NCBI RefSeq assembly: GCF_001194135.2
Contig: NC_068997.1
Coordinates: 22,789,840-22,827,508 of the forward strand
Direction: 5' to 3'
DNA: 37,669 nucleotides
DNA from: Octopus bimaculoides
Lineage: Eukaryota
The stretch's first letter is position 1, and each line of letters opens with the position of its first letter. The notes under the pieces were generated by a model, which did not search any database, was not told the DNA's origin, and saw only the letters and a program-made list of their open reading frames with translations. A program made the position numbers and the translations under genes. This document shows, piece by piece, positions 1-11,790 of the stretch.

Positions 1-697
1 TATATGCACATTCATACACACACGAACTCACAGGAGGATATGAATGTCGTAGATGAGCGTTTAGCAAAACAGCTGGTGGCACAGCTGAGAGATAAGGCCT
101 GCTGAACCGACTTTCACAATATGAAGCAATCTTCATTAAGAATGCTAATGTGTTTACAATAACCTAACAGCTGTACGGAGAAATCATATTTCCGAGACAC
201 CGCTGCCCTTTGCTATTACAGTATTCTATTTGTGTTGTTCTTATTCTTGATAATGCTTCTGTTGTTAGTGTTGTTGTTTTAATTCCCAGTTGCTTCATGA
301 AAATCGACGTGCACCAATGTAGAGGCTAAGGGTAGTCTACCCTTGAAATGTATTCCCAACATAATCCCTTACACGAAGCTAGCTTTGTTATTTATTTACT
401 TATTTATTTATCTATTTATCTATTTATTTATTTATTGTTAGGCGAGGATTCACACGAGACGCTCCAAGCAGAACTTACTATGTGCTTAACTTTATCTGGC
501 TGGCAATCTATCTGTATGTGTGGTTCTGTCAATCTATCTATCTATCTATCTATCCATCCATTTATATATCTCCTTTTCTGTGTATCTATTTATATATCTA
601 ATTGCCTGTTTGTCTCTTGCTTCTTTCTTTCAATCTTTCTCTCTTTGTATTAGTCTATTTATCTATATATCTGTCAATCCATTTATCCATCCGTTTG

Positions 698-738
<41 letters not shown>
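698..738. repeat. (TCTA)n microsatellite
   Basis: Direct tandem tetranucleotide just before gap 758-1346. Confidence 0.95.
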
Positions 739-739
<1 letters not shown>

Positions 740-1346
740 AACTTTTTTAAGTATTACNNNNNNNNNNNNNNNNNNNNNNNNNNNNNNNNNNNNNNNNNNN
801 NNNNNNNNNNNNNNNNNNNNNNNNNNNNNNNNNNNNNNNNNNNNNNNNNNNNNNNNNNNNNNNNNNNNNNNNNNNNNNNNNNNNNNNNNNNNNNNNNNNN
901 NNNNNNNNNNNNNNNNNNNNNNNNNNNNNNNNNNNNNNNNNNNNNNNNNNNNNNNNNNNNNNNNNNNNNNNNNNNNNNNNNNNNNNNNNNNNNNNNNNNN
1001 NNNNNNNNNNNNNNNNNNNNNNNNNNNNNNNNNNNNNNNNNNNNNNNNNNNNNNNNNNNNNNNNNNNNNNNNNNNNNNNNNNNNNNNNNNNNNNNNNNNN
1101 NNNNNNNNNNNNNNNNNNNNNNNNNNNNNNNNNNNNNNNNNNNNNNNNNNNNNNNNNNNNNNNNNNNNNNNNNNNNNNNNNNNNNNNNNNNNNNNNNNNN
1201 NNNNNNNNNNNNNNNNNNNNNNNNNNNNNNNNNNNNNNNNNNNNNNNNNNNNNNNNNNNNNNNNNNNNNNNNNNNNNNNNNNNNNNNNNNNNNNNNNNNN
1301 NNNNNNNNNNNNNNNNNNNNNNNNNNNNNNNNNNNNNNNNNNNNNN

Positions 1347-1400
1347 CTACATTTGTATTTTGTCCCTTCTATGTTGAGCCCTGTGTGGCTAATAAAGAAA
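1347..1400 (+). mobile_element. 3' end of SINE family B (long-tail variant); rest hidden in gap
   Basis: TTGTCCCTTCTATGTTGAGCCCTGTGTGGCTAATAAAGAAA matches 11546-11586 TTGTCCCCTCTATGTTTGGCCCCTTGTGAGCAATAAAGAAA. Confidence 0.7.
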
Positions 1401-1472
1401 CATATCTATCTATCTATCTATCTATATCGGTCCAAGTTCTTAACTGTTTATTATTTCATCAATCTTGAAATA

Positions 1473-1561
1473 CGACCTCGGCGGAATTTGAACCCAAATC
1501 GGAAGAAATAATGTTAAGCACATTTTCAGATGGTCTAACAATTTTTCCGGCTCGCTGCCTT
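1473..1561 (-). mobile_element. SINE family B, 5' head fragment
   Basis: GACCTCGGCGGAATTTGAAC...GCTCGCTGCCTT is the reverse complement of the head seen at 11357 and 17379. Confidence 0.75.
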
Positions 1562-2811
1562 TACTTTTATGTAATATTGTAAACGTTGCATACGTGAGAG
1601 GTTTTGATGAACATGGATATATACTTATCGAAAATGCGCCGAAAGACCTACAGCGATGAATCTAGTTCAACGAAAGGGGAGCAAAGTAAAATCACTGACA
1701 CTTTCTTCTTAGCAGTTACCTGCATATTTAAATCGACCACCTCGATAGCCATATGAGCAGCGTCCCATGTTGCCCTAGGTCCATGAATACATGAATATAG
1801 TAGTGTTTATGTATACGTATAGATATGTGTGCGCGTATATAGGAATATATATGTTTATATATGTATGTATAGTCATGTACGTATATGCATAGATTTTTTT
1901 TATACATATGCAAACATACAGCCACCGCATGTAAGTATATAGATCACCGACCGTTACACTGTCACCGTAAAGTTGTGTGGCCGATGTACAGCAAGCCTAC
2001 CAAAGGTAACAAAAATAAAAGAAATTAAAGAAAATTAAATATTTAATACATAAAACACAAATCTAAGACGAAACAAAAACAAAAATTAATAAAAACTCTA
2101 AGGAAAAAATTAAGAAAAACCTACAAAACACTAACAGTTGTGTTCATCAGGGATTTCTTATTTTATTACCCTTAAATATACAGAACATTCCAGCAAAGTT
2201 TTCATAGGTTCCTACTTCCTGTTCTGATTCTTATTTATTGTATTCACGTCTTGACATCTTAATGTGGGCAGCTGATAGTTCTTCTCTCTTATAAAGTTTC
2301 ATGATATATTGTTTTCTTCGTATTTTATCTGGTCTGTGTTTTAGTTGTGTTTTTTAGCATTGGTATATGTTGATAGTGTTATATTTTATTCATTCTTTTA
2401 AATTTATTTTCCCCGCATTTGACTTGCGTTTTCTATCGGAGAATTGACTCTCTGAATATTGCCGATTCTCTCTGATTTTCTGCCTAGCCAACCTCTTTAT
2501 TTATTTATTTAATCATTCATTTATTTATTTATTTATTTATTTATGTATTTGTTTCTTTGTTTTATTTTGATCTTTTTGTGTGTGTTTTTCGGTAACCTCA
2601 TTCAAGGACACAGTACACAAATTCAGCAAAAATGGCGAACTTGTTATTTCCGGATTTAGAATGTAAGGTGAATTAAAGGGTTCTGAAAATTTGTGTGCAT
2701 GTGTGGTGGGAAGGTTTTCCTGTGCAGCTGTAGAAATATGTATGAATATAGATTTACTTTTGTATGTTGATATTTAACGAGTGGGGCCCCGTGAATATTT
2801 CACGAAATTAA

Positions 2812-3010
2812 TGGGCATCAATTCCGCAGGAACAGCTACATGTTGCCTGTGAAGCACTACCACCTAGACTTAAGGTTGTAATTCGAAACAGAGGTGGTCA
2901 TATCGAATAAATGTGATAGTGTCATAATTGCTCGGACGCGAAATATAACAATATTTTGCTTTGGCAAAACTGGAAAAAGTTAGTTGCCTTAATTTTGGGA
3001 CACCCTGCAT
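2812..3010 (+). mobile_element. Tc1/mariner-superfamily transposon 3' remnant (transposase C-terminus plus right TIR)
   Basis: 2812-2910 reads WASIPQEQLHVACEALPPRLKVVIRNRGGHIE*, typical of the Tc1/maT-type C-terminus (W..IP.E.L...C.....RL..VI...GGHIE). Followed by TIR-like AATTTTGGGACACCCTGCA then TA (rc TGCAGGGTGTCCCAAAATT). Confidence 0.8.
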
Positions 3011-3042
3011 ATACATGTGTATGTATACGAATATATATATAA

Positions 3043-3103
<61 letters not shown>

Positions 3104-3480
3104 GATAAAATAAATTGTAAATGCAAAAGTAAAAACAAAATATATATATAGATAGATAGATAGATAGATATACATATGTATGTATATATATATATATATA
3201 TACATCAATGCATACATATATATATATAAATATACATCAATGCATACATATATGTATGTATTCGATCATGCGTGTATATGCCAAATTGAGTTCAATATTC
3301 TAGGATCCTATCTGCGATAATAATATATTAGTGTAATACATGTATGCTTGTATATCTATGATCGTATGCGTTTGTGTGTGCATAAGCGCATGTATGTATA
3401 TGTGTGTTTGTACGCGACATCTGTTTCGGTATGTCAGTGTTTTATAATTCTGTATATACGTACGTACATGGGCGCGCACG

Positions 3481-3484
<4 letters not shown>

Positions 3485-3539
<55 letters not shown>

Positions 3540-3649
3540 NNNNNNNNNNNNNNNNNNNNNNNNNNNNNNNNNNNNNNNNNNNNNNNNNNNNNNNNNNNNN
3601 NNNNNNNNNNNNNNNNNNNNNNNNNNNNNNNNNNNNNNNNNNNNNNNNN

Positions 3650-3700
<51 letters not shown>
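3485..3700. repeat. (CA)n microsatellite spanning gap 3540-3649
   Basis: CA repeat on both gap flanks. Confidence 0.95.
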
Positions 3701-3704
<4 letters not shown>

Positions 3705-3828
3705 GCACACATACACACAGTGTTTGTGTCTGACTATACATATATATATACGCACACATACATACACATACATATATATGTATATATAATACAAATAATA
3801 AATGAGTATATGCATATGTACGTAAGTT

Positions 3829-3867
<39 letters not shown>

Positions 3868-5024
3868 GCATATATAATATGTATATGCATATGGTTCTTC
3901 CTAACCAGGGATTTAAAATGATTTGTCGTCAATGGTAGCTGTTGTTTTATGTTTGTACGAAGAAGAGACATTTTTTCTTAATCTTTTTTTAAAAAATTTT
4001 TTTTTGTTTTTTTTTTTTGTTTACATTTCTGTGTATTTTGTTTCTTTAACCATTAAATTTTATTGTCTGTTCCTTTATTTATTTCTTTCTCAGTACAAGT
4101 GTGAAATACATGGCTATTTATTGAAACAGGGGTCAAATGCGATTACGATATTATTGCAGTACAGTGTGAAATTAGGGATCGCAGAGATCATAAAGGATCA
4201 GCCCGTTAAAGCTCACCATGATTTTTCTTATTTTATTTTAATTTTATTTTATTTCCTATTTTATTTTATTTTTAATTCTCTTGTTCTGTGAATACTGGCG
4301 GTATTACTGTACCAAATCTGTTTGTCTCAATGTTTAGAATGATTCAATGTGTGTTTGTGTGTGTGTGAGTGTTTTTGTATTTTTGTGTGTATTTTGAAGG
4401 AATTTGGATGTTTTTAGTGTTTGTTTGCTTGTTAGTCTTTTTTTTTATACAGTATTTTATGCAGATGAGCACGGAACATTTGTTTCAGAGTTCGGAGCTT
4501 TTTTTTTGTTTTTTCCTTTTTTTTTGTGTGTGTTTTTCTTCTGAAATTGTTTTTATACTCGCCTTCGCTTCTAACATGTTAACGCATGTTAAATTAATCC
4601 TTTTAAAATTACAACAATCCATATATCCGGTGTTCGATTCCATTCCACCCAGTTTGCATAACTTTAAACAGAGAAGCCATGGAGTGGGGTGCCGTGGGTG
4701 AAGGAGAATGATTTTATGTGGTTGGTTGGTTGGTTGGTCGGTAGGTCATTTGCTCCACCTGCTTTGATCCTAAATTACACTCATATCATCACAACCTGCT
4801 ATCTTAAAAAAAAAAAAAACGTGACGGCCACGGATGGAATGACTTTGCTCATATGTTTGATTAATCTGGACTAGGGGCTAAGCAACGACGACAACACAAC
4901 TCCACAAATACACCCACATATTTGCCACATATGTAGTAGATATGCATATATATATATACATACAAACAAACACATACATACAAACACATACATACATACA
5001 TACATACATACATACATACATAAT

Positions 5025-5348
5025 CGGCCGAAACTGTTGAGATAATCTGGAAGCTCCGAAATGACCCGTCCTTGTTTTTTCCTGTCCTTTTTTGTATCGT
5101 CTACCTGTCCGGATATTTTGTTGTCGACTGTTACGTTCTTGTTCCATTTTTTGTTTTCTGTTTTATATATATATATTACGGAGATGCACTTGCATAGCAA
5201 GTGACCTGATCTGAGATCGTGTGCTGGAACGAAAACAATTGCAGCGTGGAAGGTGTTTATAAGCCATTTAAAATAACACACAAAATCCGTTAGATTCACT
5301 TCAACATTTAAATTTAATTTGTCAAAATATTTTCGTCGCTTTGAGACC
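5025..5348. mobile_element. Probable Penelope-like element terminal fragment(s)
   Basis: Right-half hammerhead-like motifs at both ends (CGGCCGAAACTGTT on + at 5025; GCGACGAAAATATTTTGAC on - at 5321-5339). Truncated by a microsatellite on the left and a gap on the right. Confidence 0.35.
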
Positions 5349-6150
5349 NNNNNNNNNNNNNNNNNNNNNNNNNNNNNNNNNNNNNNNNNNNNNNNNNNNN
5401 NNNNNNNNNNNNNNNNNNNNNNNNNNNNNNNNNNNNNNNNNNNNNNNNNNNNNNNNNNNNNNNNNNNNNNNNNNNNNNNNNNNNNNNNNNNNNNNNNNNN
5501 NNNNNNNNNNNNNNNNNNNNNNNNNNNNNNNNNNNNNNNNNNNNNNNNNNNNNNNNNNNNNNNNNNNNNNNNNNNNNNNNNNNNNNNNNNNNNNNNNNNN
5601 NNNNNNNNNNNNNNNNNNNNNNNNNNNNNNNNNNNNNNNNNNNNNNNNNNNNNNNNNNNNNNNNNNNNNNNNNNNNNNNNNNNNNNNNNNNNNNNNNNNN
5701 NNNNNNNNNNNNNNNNNNNNNNNNNNNNNNNNNNNNNNNNNNNNNNNNNNNNNNNNNNNNNNNNNNNNNNNNNNNNNNNNNNNNNNNNNNNNNNNNNNNN
5801 NNNNNNNNNNNNNNNNNNNNNNNNNNNNNNNNNNNNNNNNNNNNNNNNNNNNNNNNNNNNNNNNNNNNNNNNNNNNNNNNNNNNNNNNNNNNNNNNNNNN
5901 NNNNNNNNNNNNNNNNNNNNNNNNNNNNNNNNNNNNNNNNNNNNNNNNNNNNNNNNNNNNNNNNNNNNNNNNNNNNNNNNNNNNNNNNNNNNNNNNNNNN
6001 NNNNNNNNNNNNNNNNNNNNNNNNNNNNNNNNNNNNNNNNNNNNNNNNNNNNNNNNNNNNNNNNNNNNNNNNNNNNNNNNNNNNNNNNNNNNNNNNNNNN
6101 NNNNNNNNNNNNNNNNNNNNNNNNNNNNNNNNNNNNNNNNNNNNNNNNNN

Positions 6151-6188
<38 letters not shown>

Positions 6189-6866
6189 ACACTGGAAAAA
6201 AGGAGGCATACACACTACAAAGTGAGATAAAGTGAGATGGCTGTCAAAAGCGCGCGTCGCAAATATTAAGAGATTTTCCTTTCGAGATCAAATCTCGGAG
6301 AATAAAGGCTTTGCTCCTGTAATTGTATTTTATCTATTTGCAATACTTGTTTGTACATACATACATACATAAATACATATATATATACATATACGTACAT
6401 ACACATATGCGTACATACATATATTTACATACATCTATATATATATATATATTTCTCTTGTTTCCTCTTTCCCTGTTAAACAGCCATTAAAAGTTGATAG
6501 CGTTGAAACGGGAAGAAAAATTAGTTTCCTTCGCGACGTTGTGGAACGCTCGGCAAAAGAAGTAAATATTGGTGGGGAAAAAAAAAGCATTAACAATTAT
6601 ATCTTACTTCTATTTCTCAGAAATTTCTCATTTGTCATACTTTCTTACATATCATTTACTACTACTACTACTACTACTGGTTACTTATATTTTTTTCCGG
6701 TGTTTGTTTGCCCTTTCTTTATAATATTCCCCCCGTCAGGTTTATTGTTCTTCCATCGTGTCTTGAAATATACTTGACTGCGAGATTAGATGTTAAGTAT
6801 CTTTGTTTATATATGAATATATGCGGGTGTGCACGTATGTAGACACATACGTACATAAATAGATAC

Positions 6867-6900
<34 letters not shown>

Positions 6901-6973
6901 TTATTTATACATATTTATATATATACTTTTATATACACACATATAAATATATATACACATATATACGTATGTG

Positions 6974-6974
<1 letters not shown>

Positions 6975-7057
<83 letters not shown>
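6975..7057. repeat. (TA)n microsatellite
   Basis: Direct tandem repeat. Confidence 0.95.
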
Positions 7058-7064
<7 letters not shown>

Positions 7065-7073
7065 GTGTATATA

Positions 7074-7318
7074 TACTCTTACTCTTTTAGTTTGGCATAA
7101 TGCCAGCAATGAATTATAGAGGGGACGAACAAGGGTAGACAATGGGATTAAGTCGATTACATCGAAACCAGTGCGTAACTGGTACTTATTTAATCGATTC
7201 CCGAAAGGATGACAGCCAAAAATGACCTCGGCGGAATTTGAACGCAGAATGTACAGACAGACGAAATGCTGCGAAACATTTTGCCCGGAGTACTAACAAT
7301 TCTGCCAGCTCACCGACT
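7074..7318 (-). mobile_element. SINE family B (tRNA-derived), near full length
   Basis: Reverse complement of the 11357 copy: GTCGATTACATCGA..CCAGTGCGTAACTGGTACTTA...GACCTCGGCGGAATTTGAAC...TCTGCCAGCTCACCG. Confidence 0.85.
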
Positions 7319-7339
7319 TTATGACTTAATATATTCTTT

Positions 7340-7702
7340 TATTCTTTTATTTGTTTCTGTCATTTGACTGCAGCCATGCTGGAGCAAAGACTTGTTCTTT
7401 GTAAGCCTAACACTTATTCTAACGGGTTTCTTTTGCCGAACCGCTAAGTTACAGGGTCGTAAACACATCAACATCGGCTGTTAAGCGATGGTGGTGGAAC
7501 AAACAGAGACACACAAACATACATGCACACACACACACACATATATATATATACGACGGGCTTCTTTCAGTTTCTGTCTACCAAATTCACAGACAAGGTT
7601 TTGGTCGGCATTAGCCTATAGTAGAAGTCACTTGCCCAATGTACCACGCAGTGGGACTGAACCCGGAACCATGTGTGGTTGGTAGGCAAAGTACTTACCA
7701 CG
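7340..7702 (-). mobile_element. SINE family A (tRNA-derived), near full length with internal (CA)/(TA) tract
   Basis: Head 7554-7702 matches copies at 8365, 12891 and 25117; the 3' module 7340-7500 (GTTTCTGTCATTTGACTGCAGCCATGCTGGAGCA) matches 16361-16418 in reverse complement. Confidence 0.85.
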
Positions 7703-8085
7703 CAAAATAATTGCTAGGAATCTCCCAAATTAAACTTCGTCCATTGAAGGAAACGTTCACCGCAAAAAACAGAATACATGAGTTAATGAGGTTAGAGTCA
7801 TTTGGCTTCTCCCTACGCTCACTTACACACACTGAGCAACAGATAATTTAATGAGCAATAAAGAGAACAAGCCATCAGTATAAGTACTTTGCCATACTAA
7901 ATGCCTCATAAAACTGGAACTAAATAAGCTTACTGTATAAGCCACACCTCATCACGAGAGCAGCGAACATTAAAATCCCTAAATGGTCGTTAGGTATGGT
8001 AGAAATAGCAGCCAAATAGCATCTCGTAATTTTGCGTTAACAGCTATGAAGATTTTAAACAGAAGCTTCGTTTTAACTTTTTATC

Positions 8086-8300
8086 ATACCGTGGCTAATA
8101 TTACACAAATACGTAATCTTGCTATTTACCATACCATGCCGAATGCTACGCAAATGTGTAGTTTTCTTTGTTTATTTTCATATTCTACTTTTAATAAGTT
8201 CGTATCAACTACTTCACAAAAGTGTATTCTTACATTTACCAAACCGTGCCGAATGTTACGCGAAAATGTATATTTACTTTATAACGTACCGTGACGAATG
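8086..8300. repeat. Imperfect spaced repeat, core ATACCGTGCCGAATGYTACGC, four copies
   Basis: Copies start at 8086, 8131, 8241 and 8286 (spacing 45/110/45). Confidence 0.7.
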
Positions 8301-8364
8301 CAGTGTGTAAACGTATCTGATAGACAGACAGGTGGATGGAGAGACAAAGATTATATATATATTA

Positions 8365-8514
8365 GGCGCAGGAGTGGCTGTGTCGTAAGTAGCTTGCTTA
8401 CCAACCACATGGTTCCGGGTTCAGCCCCACTGCGTAGCACCTTGGGCAAATGTCTTCTACTATAGTCTCGGGCCGACCAAAGCTTTGTGAGTAGATTTGG
8501 TAGACAAAAACTGA
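8365..8514 (+). mobile_element. SINE family A, 5' half
   Basis: GGCGCAGGAGTGGCTGTGTCGTAAG (A-box-like) ... GGTTCAGCCCC (B-box-like) ... CTTGGGCAAATGTCTTCTACTATAG ... GATTTGGTAGAC, followed by a (GA)-rich tract. Confidence 0.9.
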
Positions 8515-8964
8515 GTGAGAGAGAGGGAGAGAGAGAGAGAGAGAGACAGACAAAGACAGAGAGAGATACAGAGAGAGAGAGATAAAGAGAGAGAAAGAGG
8601 GGAGAAATAGAGAGAAAGAGTGAGAGGGGGAGTGAGAAAGAAATAGAGAGACAGCCATATNNNNNNNNNNNNNNNNNNNNNNNNNNNNNNNNNNNNNNNN
8701 NNNNNNNNNNNNNNNNNNNNNNNNNNNNNNNNNNNNNNNNNNNNNNNNNNNNNNNNNNNNNNNNNNNNNNNNNNNNNNNNNNNNNNNNNNNNNNNNNNNN
8801 NNNNNNNNNNNNNNNNNNNNNNNNNNNNNNNNNNNNNNNNNNNNNNNNNNNNNNNNNNNNNNNNNNNNNNNNNNNNNNNNNNNNNNNNNNNNNNNNNNNN
8901 NNNNNNNNNNNNNNNNNNNNNNNNNNNNNNNNNNNNNNNNNNNNNNNNNNNNNNNNNNNNNNNN

Positions 8965-9009
<45 letters not shown>

Positions 9010-9225
9010 ATGAGTGTGTGCATGCGTGCGTGTGTGTGTGTGTGTGTGTGAGTGTGTGTGAGTGTGTGTGTGTGTGTGTGCGTGTGTGTGTGTCTGTCTG
9101 TCTATTTGTCTGTCAATTGGCACGTACTGAGTGAGTGTACACCTATGAAATATACGTATTATAAAAGAACAAGCAAATGATTTACGATTTAGTGTATAAT
9201 ATTTTTAATGTTATCAGTTGCTTAA

Positions 9226-9268
<43 letters not shown>
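9226..9268. repeat. (TAG)n microsatellite followed by CAC/CAT-rich low complexity to about 9560
   Basis: Direct repeat. Confidence 0.9.
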
Positions 9269-9269
<1 letters not shown>

Positions 9270-9665
9270 TCCTCAACGCTCGCATCAACGCTGCCCGTCC
9301 TGCCAAGATCGTAATCGACACCAACTTCATTTCATAATGATCGCCATCTTTATCATCAATCGTCATAGCCTCATCAACAACTTCGTTATCGCCACCAACA
9401 CCACCCCCATACAACCCCCCCACACACACACGCACCAAAACTCACATCATCATTAGCAGCAGCACTGGCGCCCACCACCAGCACCACCAGCACCCCACCA
9501 CCATCACCATCTCCACTACAAATATCATCATCATTTTCTTCATCATATGCATCATCATTTTGAAATGATCTCATGCTTACAGCTTCTTTCTACCGCACAT
9601 TATATAATAAAGAAAATTGCGTATTCACACGCATGTATATATGTATATATTTACGTTTATGTATG

Positions 9666-9730
<65 letters not shown>
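9666..9730. repeat. (TCTA)n microsatellite
   Basis: Direct repeat. Confidence 0.95.
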
Positions 9731-9734
<4 letters not shown>

Positions 9735-10443
9735 ACATACATACATGTATNNNNNNNNNNNNNNNNNNNNNNNNNNNNNNNNNNNNNNNNNNNNNNNNNN
9801 NNNNNNNNNNNNNNNNNNNNNNNNNNNNNNNNNNNNNNNNNNNNNNNNNNNNNNNNNNNNNNNNNNNNNNNNNNNNNNNNNNNNNNNNNNNNNNNNNNNN
9901 NNNNNNNNNNNNNNNNNNNNNNNNNNNNNNNNNNNNNNNNNNNNNNNNNNNNNNNNNNNNNNNNNNNNNNNNNNNNNNNNNNNNNNNNNNNNNNNNNNNN
10001 NNNNNNNNNNNNNNNNNNNNNNNNNNNNNNNNNNNNNNNNNNNNNNNNNNNNNNNNNNNNNNNNNNNNNNNNNNNNNNNNNNNNNNNNNNNNNNNNNNNN
10101 NNNNNNNNNNNNNNNNNNNNNNNNNNNNNNNNNNNNNNNNNNNNNNNNNNNNNNNNNNNNNNNNNNNNNNNNNNNNNNNNNNNNNNNNNNNNNNNNNNNN
10201 NNNNNNNNNNNNNNNNNNNNNNNNNNNNNNNNNNNNNNNNNNNNNNNNNNNNNNNNNNNNNNNNNNNNNNNNNNNNNNNNNNNNNNNNNNNNNNNNNNNN
10301 NNNNNNNNNNNNNNNNNNNNNNNNNNNNNNNNNNNNNNNNNNNNNNNNNNNNNNNNNNNNNNTATATATATATATATATAATACAAACACACATTCACAC
10401 ACGCGCAAACGCATATGTAAAACATGCACACATACACATGCAC

Positions 10444-10474
<31 letters not shown>

Positions 10475-10636
10475 ATATATACAATATGTATTTATATAAA
10501 TGTTTATATACATATATAATATAATACACACATACATAGACGCACATATATATATATATATGTATATAAATACACACATATATACCTATATTCATATACA
10601 TATATATACACATATGCATATAGAAGCATACACTGA

Positions 10637-10738
<102 letters not shown>

Positions 10739-11356
10739 TAAGTAAATATGTATATATATTACTTATACACATAAATAATAAATGTACACACGCGGGCGCG
10801 CGCACATAAACATATACATATGTATGTATACATACATACAAATATACATACATTTGAGCGTGCATCTATTAAAATTTCTTTTACTTATACAGAAAGAAAA
10901 TTATACATAAAGATGTACAAATGGGTGATGTATGTGTATATATATATACCGTGTGTGTGTGTCTGTGTGTGTGTGTGTGTGTGTTTGAGTTTGTGCGTGC
11001 TTCCGTGTGCGTGTGTACACGTGTGTGTGCGTGCTAGTATGTGCGTGTGGTAGTATATGCGTGAGAGTGTGTATGCGTGTACATAGATACAAACATGGAT
11101 ACACATACACAAACATTCACACAAAACTCAGGCTGTATACGAGTGTCACCCACACGCATAGACGAAATATGCATACACACACATAATGGTATAAATACAT
11201 ATTCATGTAAAATGAAGCAACTTTACATTGTATATACATACATACGGAACGACTCACACTAAAACGTCTTTATATACCCACACAAGCACAATCACGCGAG
11301 TAGAACCCCACAAAATCCACTCATATTCAGATTTCAAAAAAACATCATCGGAAGTA

Positions 11357-11790
11357 AGGCAGCGAGCTGGCAGAAACGTTAGCGTACCAGGCGAAATGCT
11401 CAGCAGTGTTTCGTCTGCGGCTACGTTCTGAGTTCAAATTCCGCCGAAGTCGACTTTGCCTTTCATCCTTTCGGAGTCGATAAATTAAGTACCAGTTACG
11501 CACTGGGGTCGATGTAATCGACTTAAACCGTTTGTCTCTCCTTGTTTGTCCCCTCTATGTTTGGCCCCTTGTGAGCAATAAAGAAATAAGAAATGTTAGC
11601 ACGCCGGGCGCAATGCTTAACGGTATTTCGTCTGTCTTTATGTTCTGAGTTCAAATTCCACCGAGGTTGACTTTGGTTTTCATCCTTTCGAGGTCGATAA
11701 ATTAAGTACCAGTTGCGTACCGGGGTCGATCTGATCGACTGGCCTCTTCCCCAACAATTTAAGGCCTTGTGCCTAGAGTAGAAAAGATTA
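11357..11790 (+). mobile_element. SINE family B head-to-tail dimer
   Basis: Monomer 1 at 11357-11590 and monomer 2 at 11587-11790 share AGAAA(C/T)GTTAGC...GTTCTGAGTTCAAATTCC...TTTCATCCTTTCG..GTCGATAAATTAAGTACCAGTT; their 3' tails differ. Confidence 0.9.

Noticed and set aside
167-206. CTGTACGGAGAAATCATATTTCCGAGAC hammerhead-like look
   Set aside because: Both core halves are mutated (CTGTACG, GAGAC) and stems are irregular; too degenerate to claim
1590-1660. Protein-looking peptides YVRGFDEHGYILIENAPKDLQR and MDIYLSKMRRK...QSKITDTFF
   Set aside because: Short, no convincing splice boundaries, no recognisable family; compatible with chance
2143-2150. CTGATGAA on minus strand as a hammerhead core
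   Set aside because: Followed by an ACAC/GTGT stem but then TTTG instead of GAAA; no second half of the core
8086-8300. CRISPR-like repeat/spacer appearance
   Set aside because: Eukaryotic context, only four degenerate copies, irregular spacing, no cas genes; kept only as an unexplained spaced repeat
8365-8440. tRNA gene calls for SINE heads (also 17379, 18596, 30555)
   Set aside because: A/B-box-like motifs are present, but they continue into SINE bodies and I cannot build a full cloverleaf
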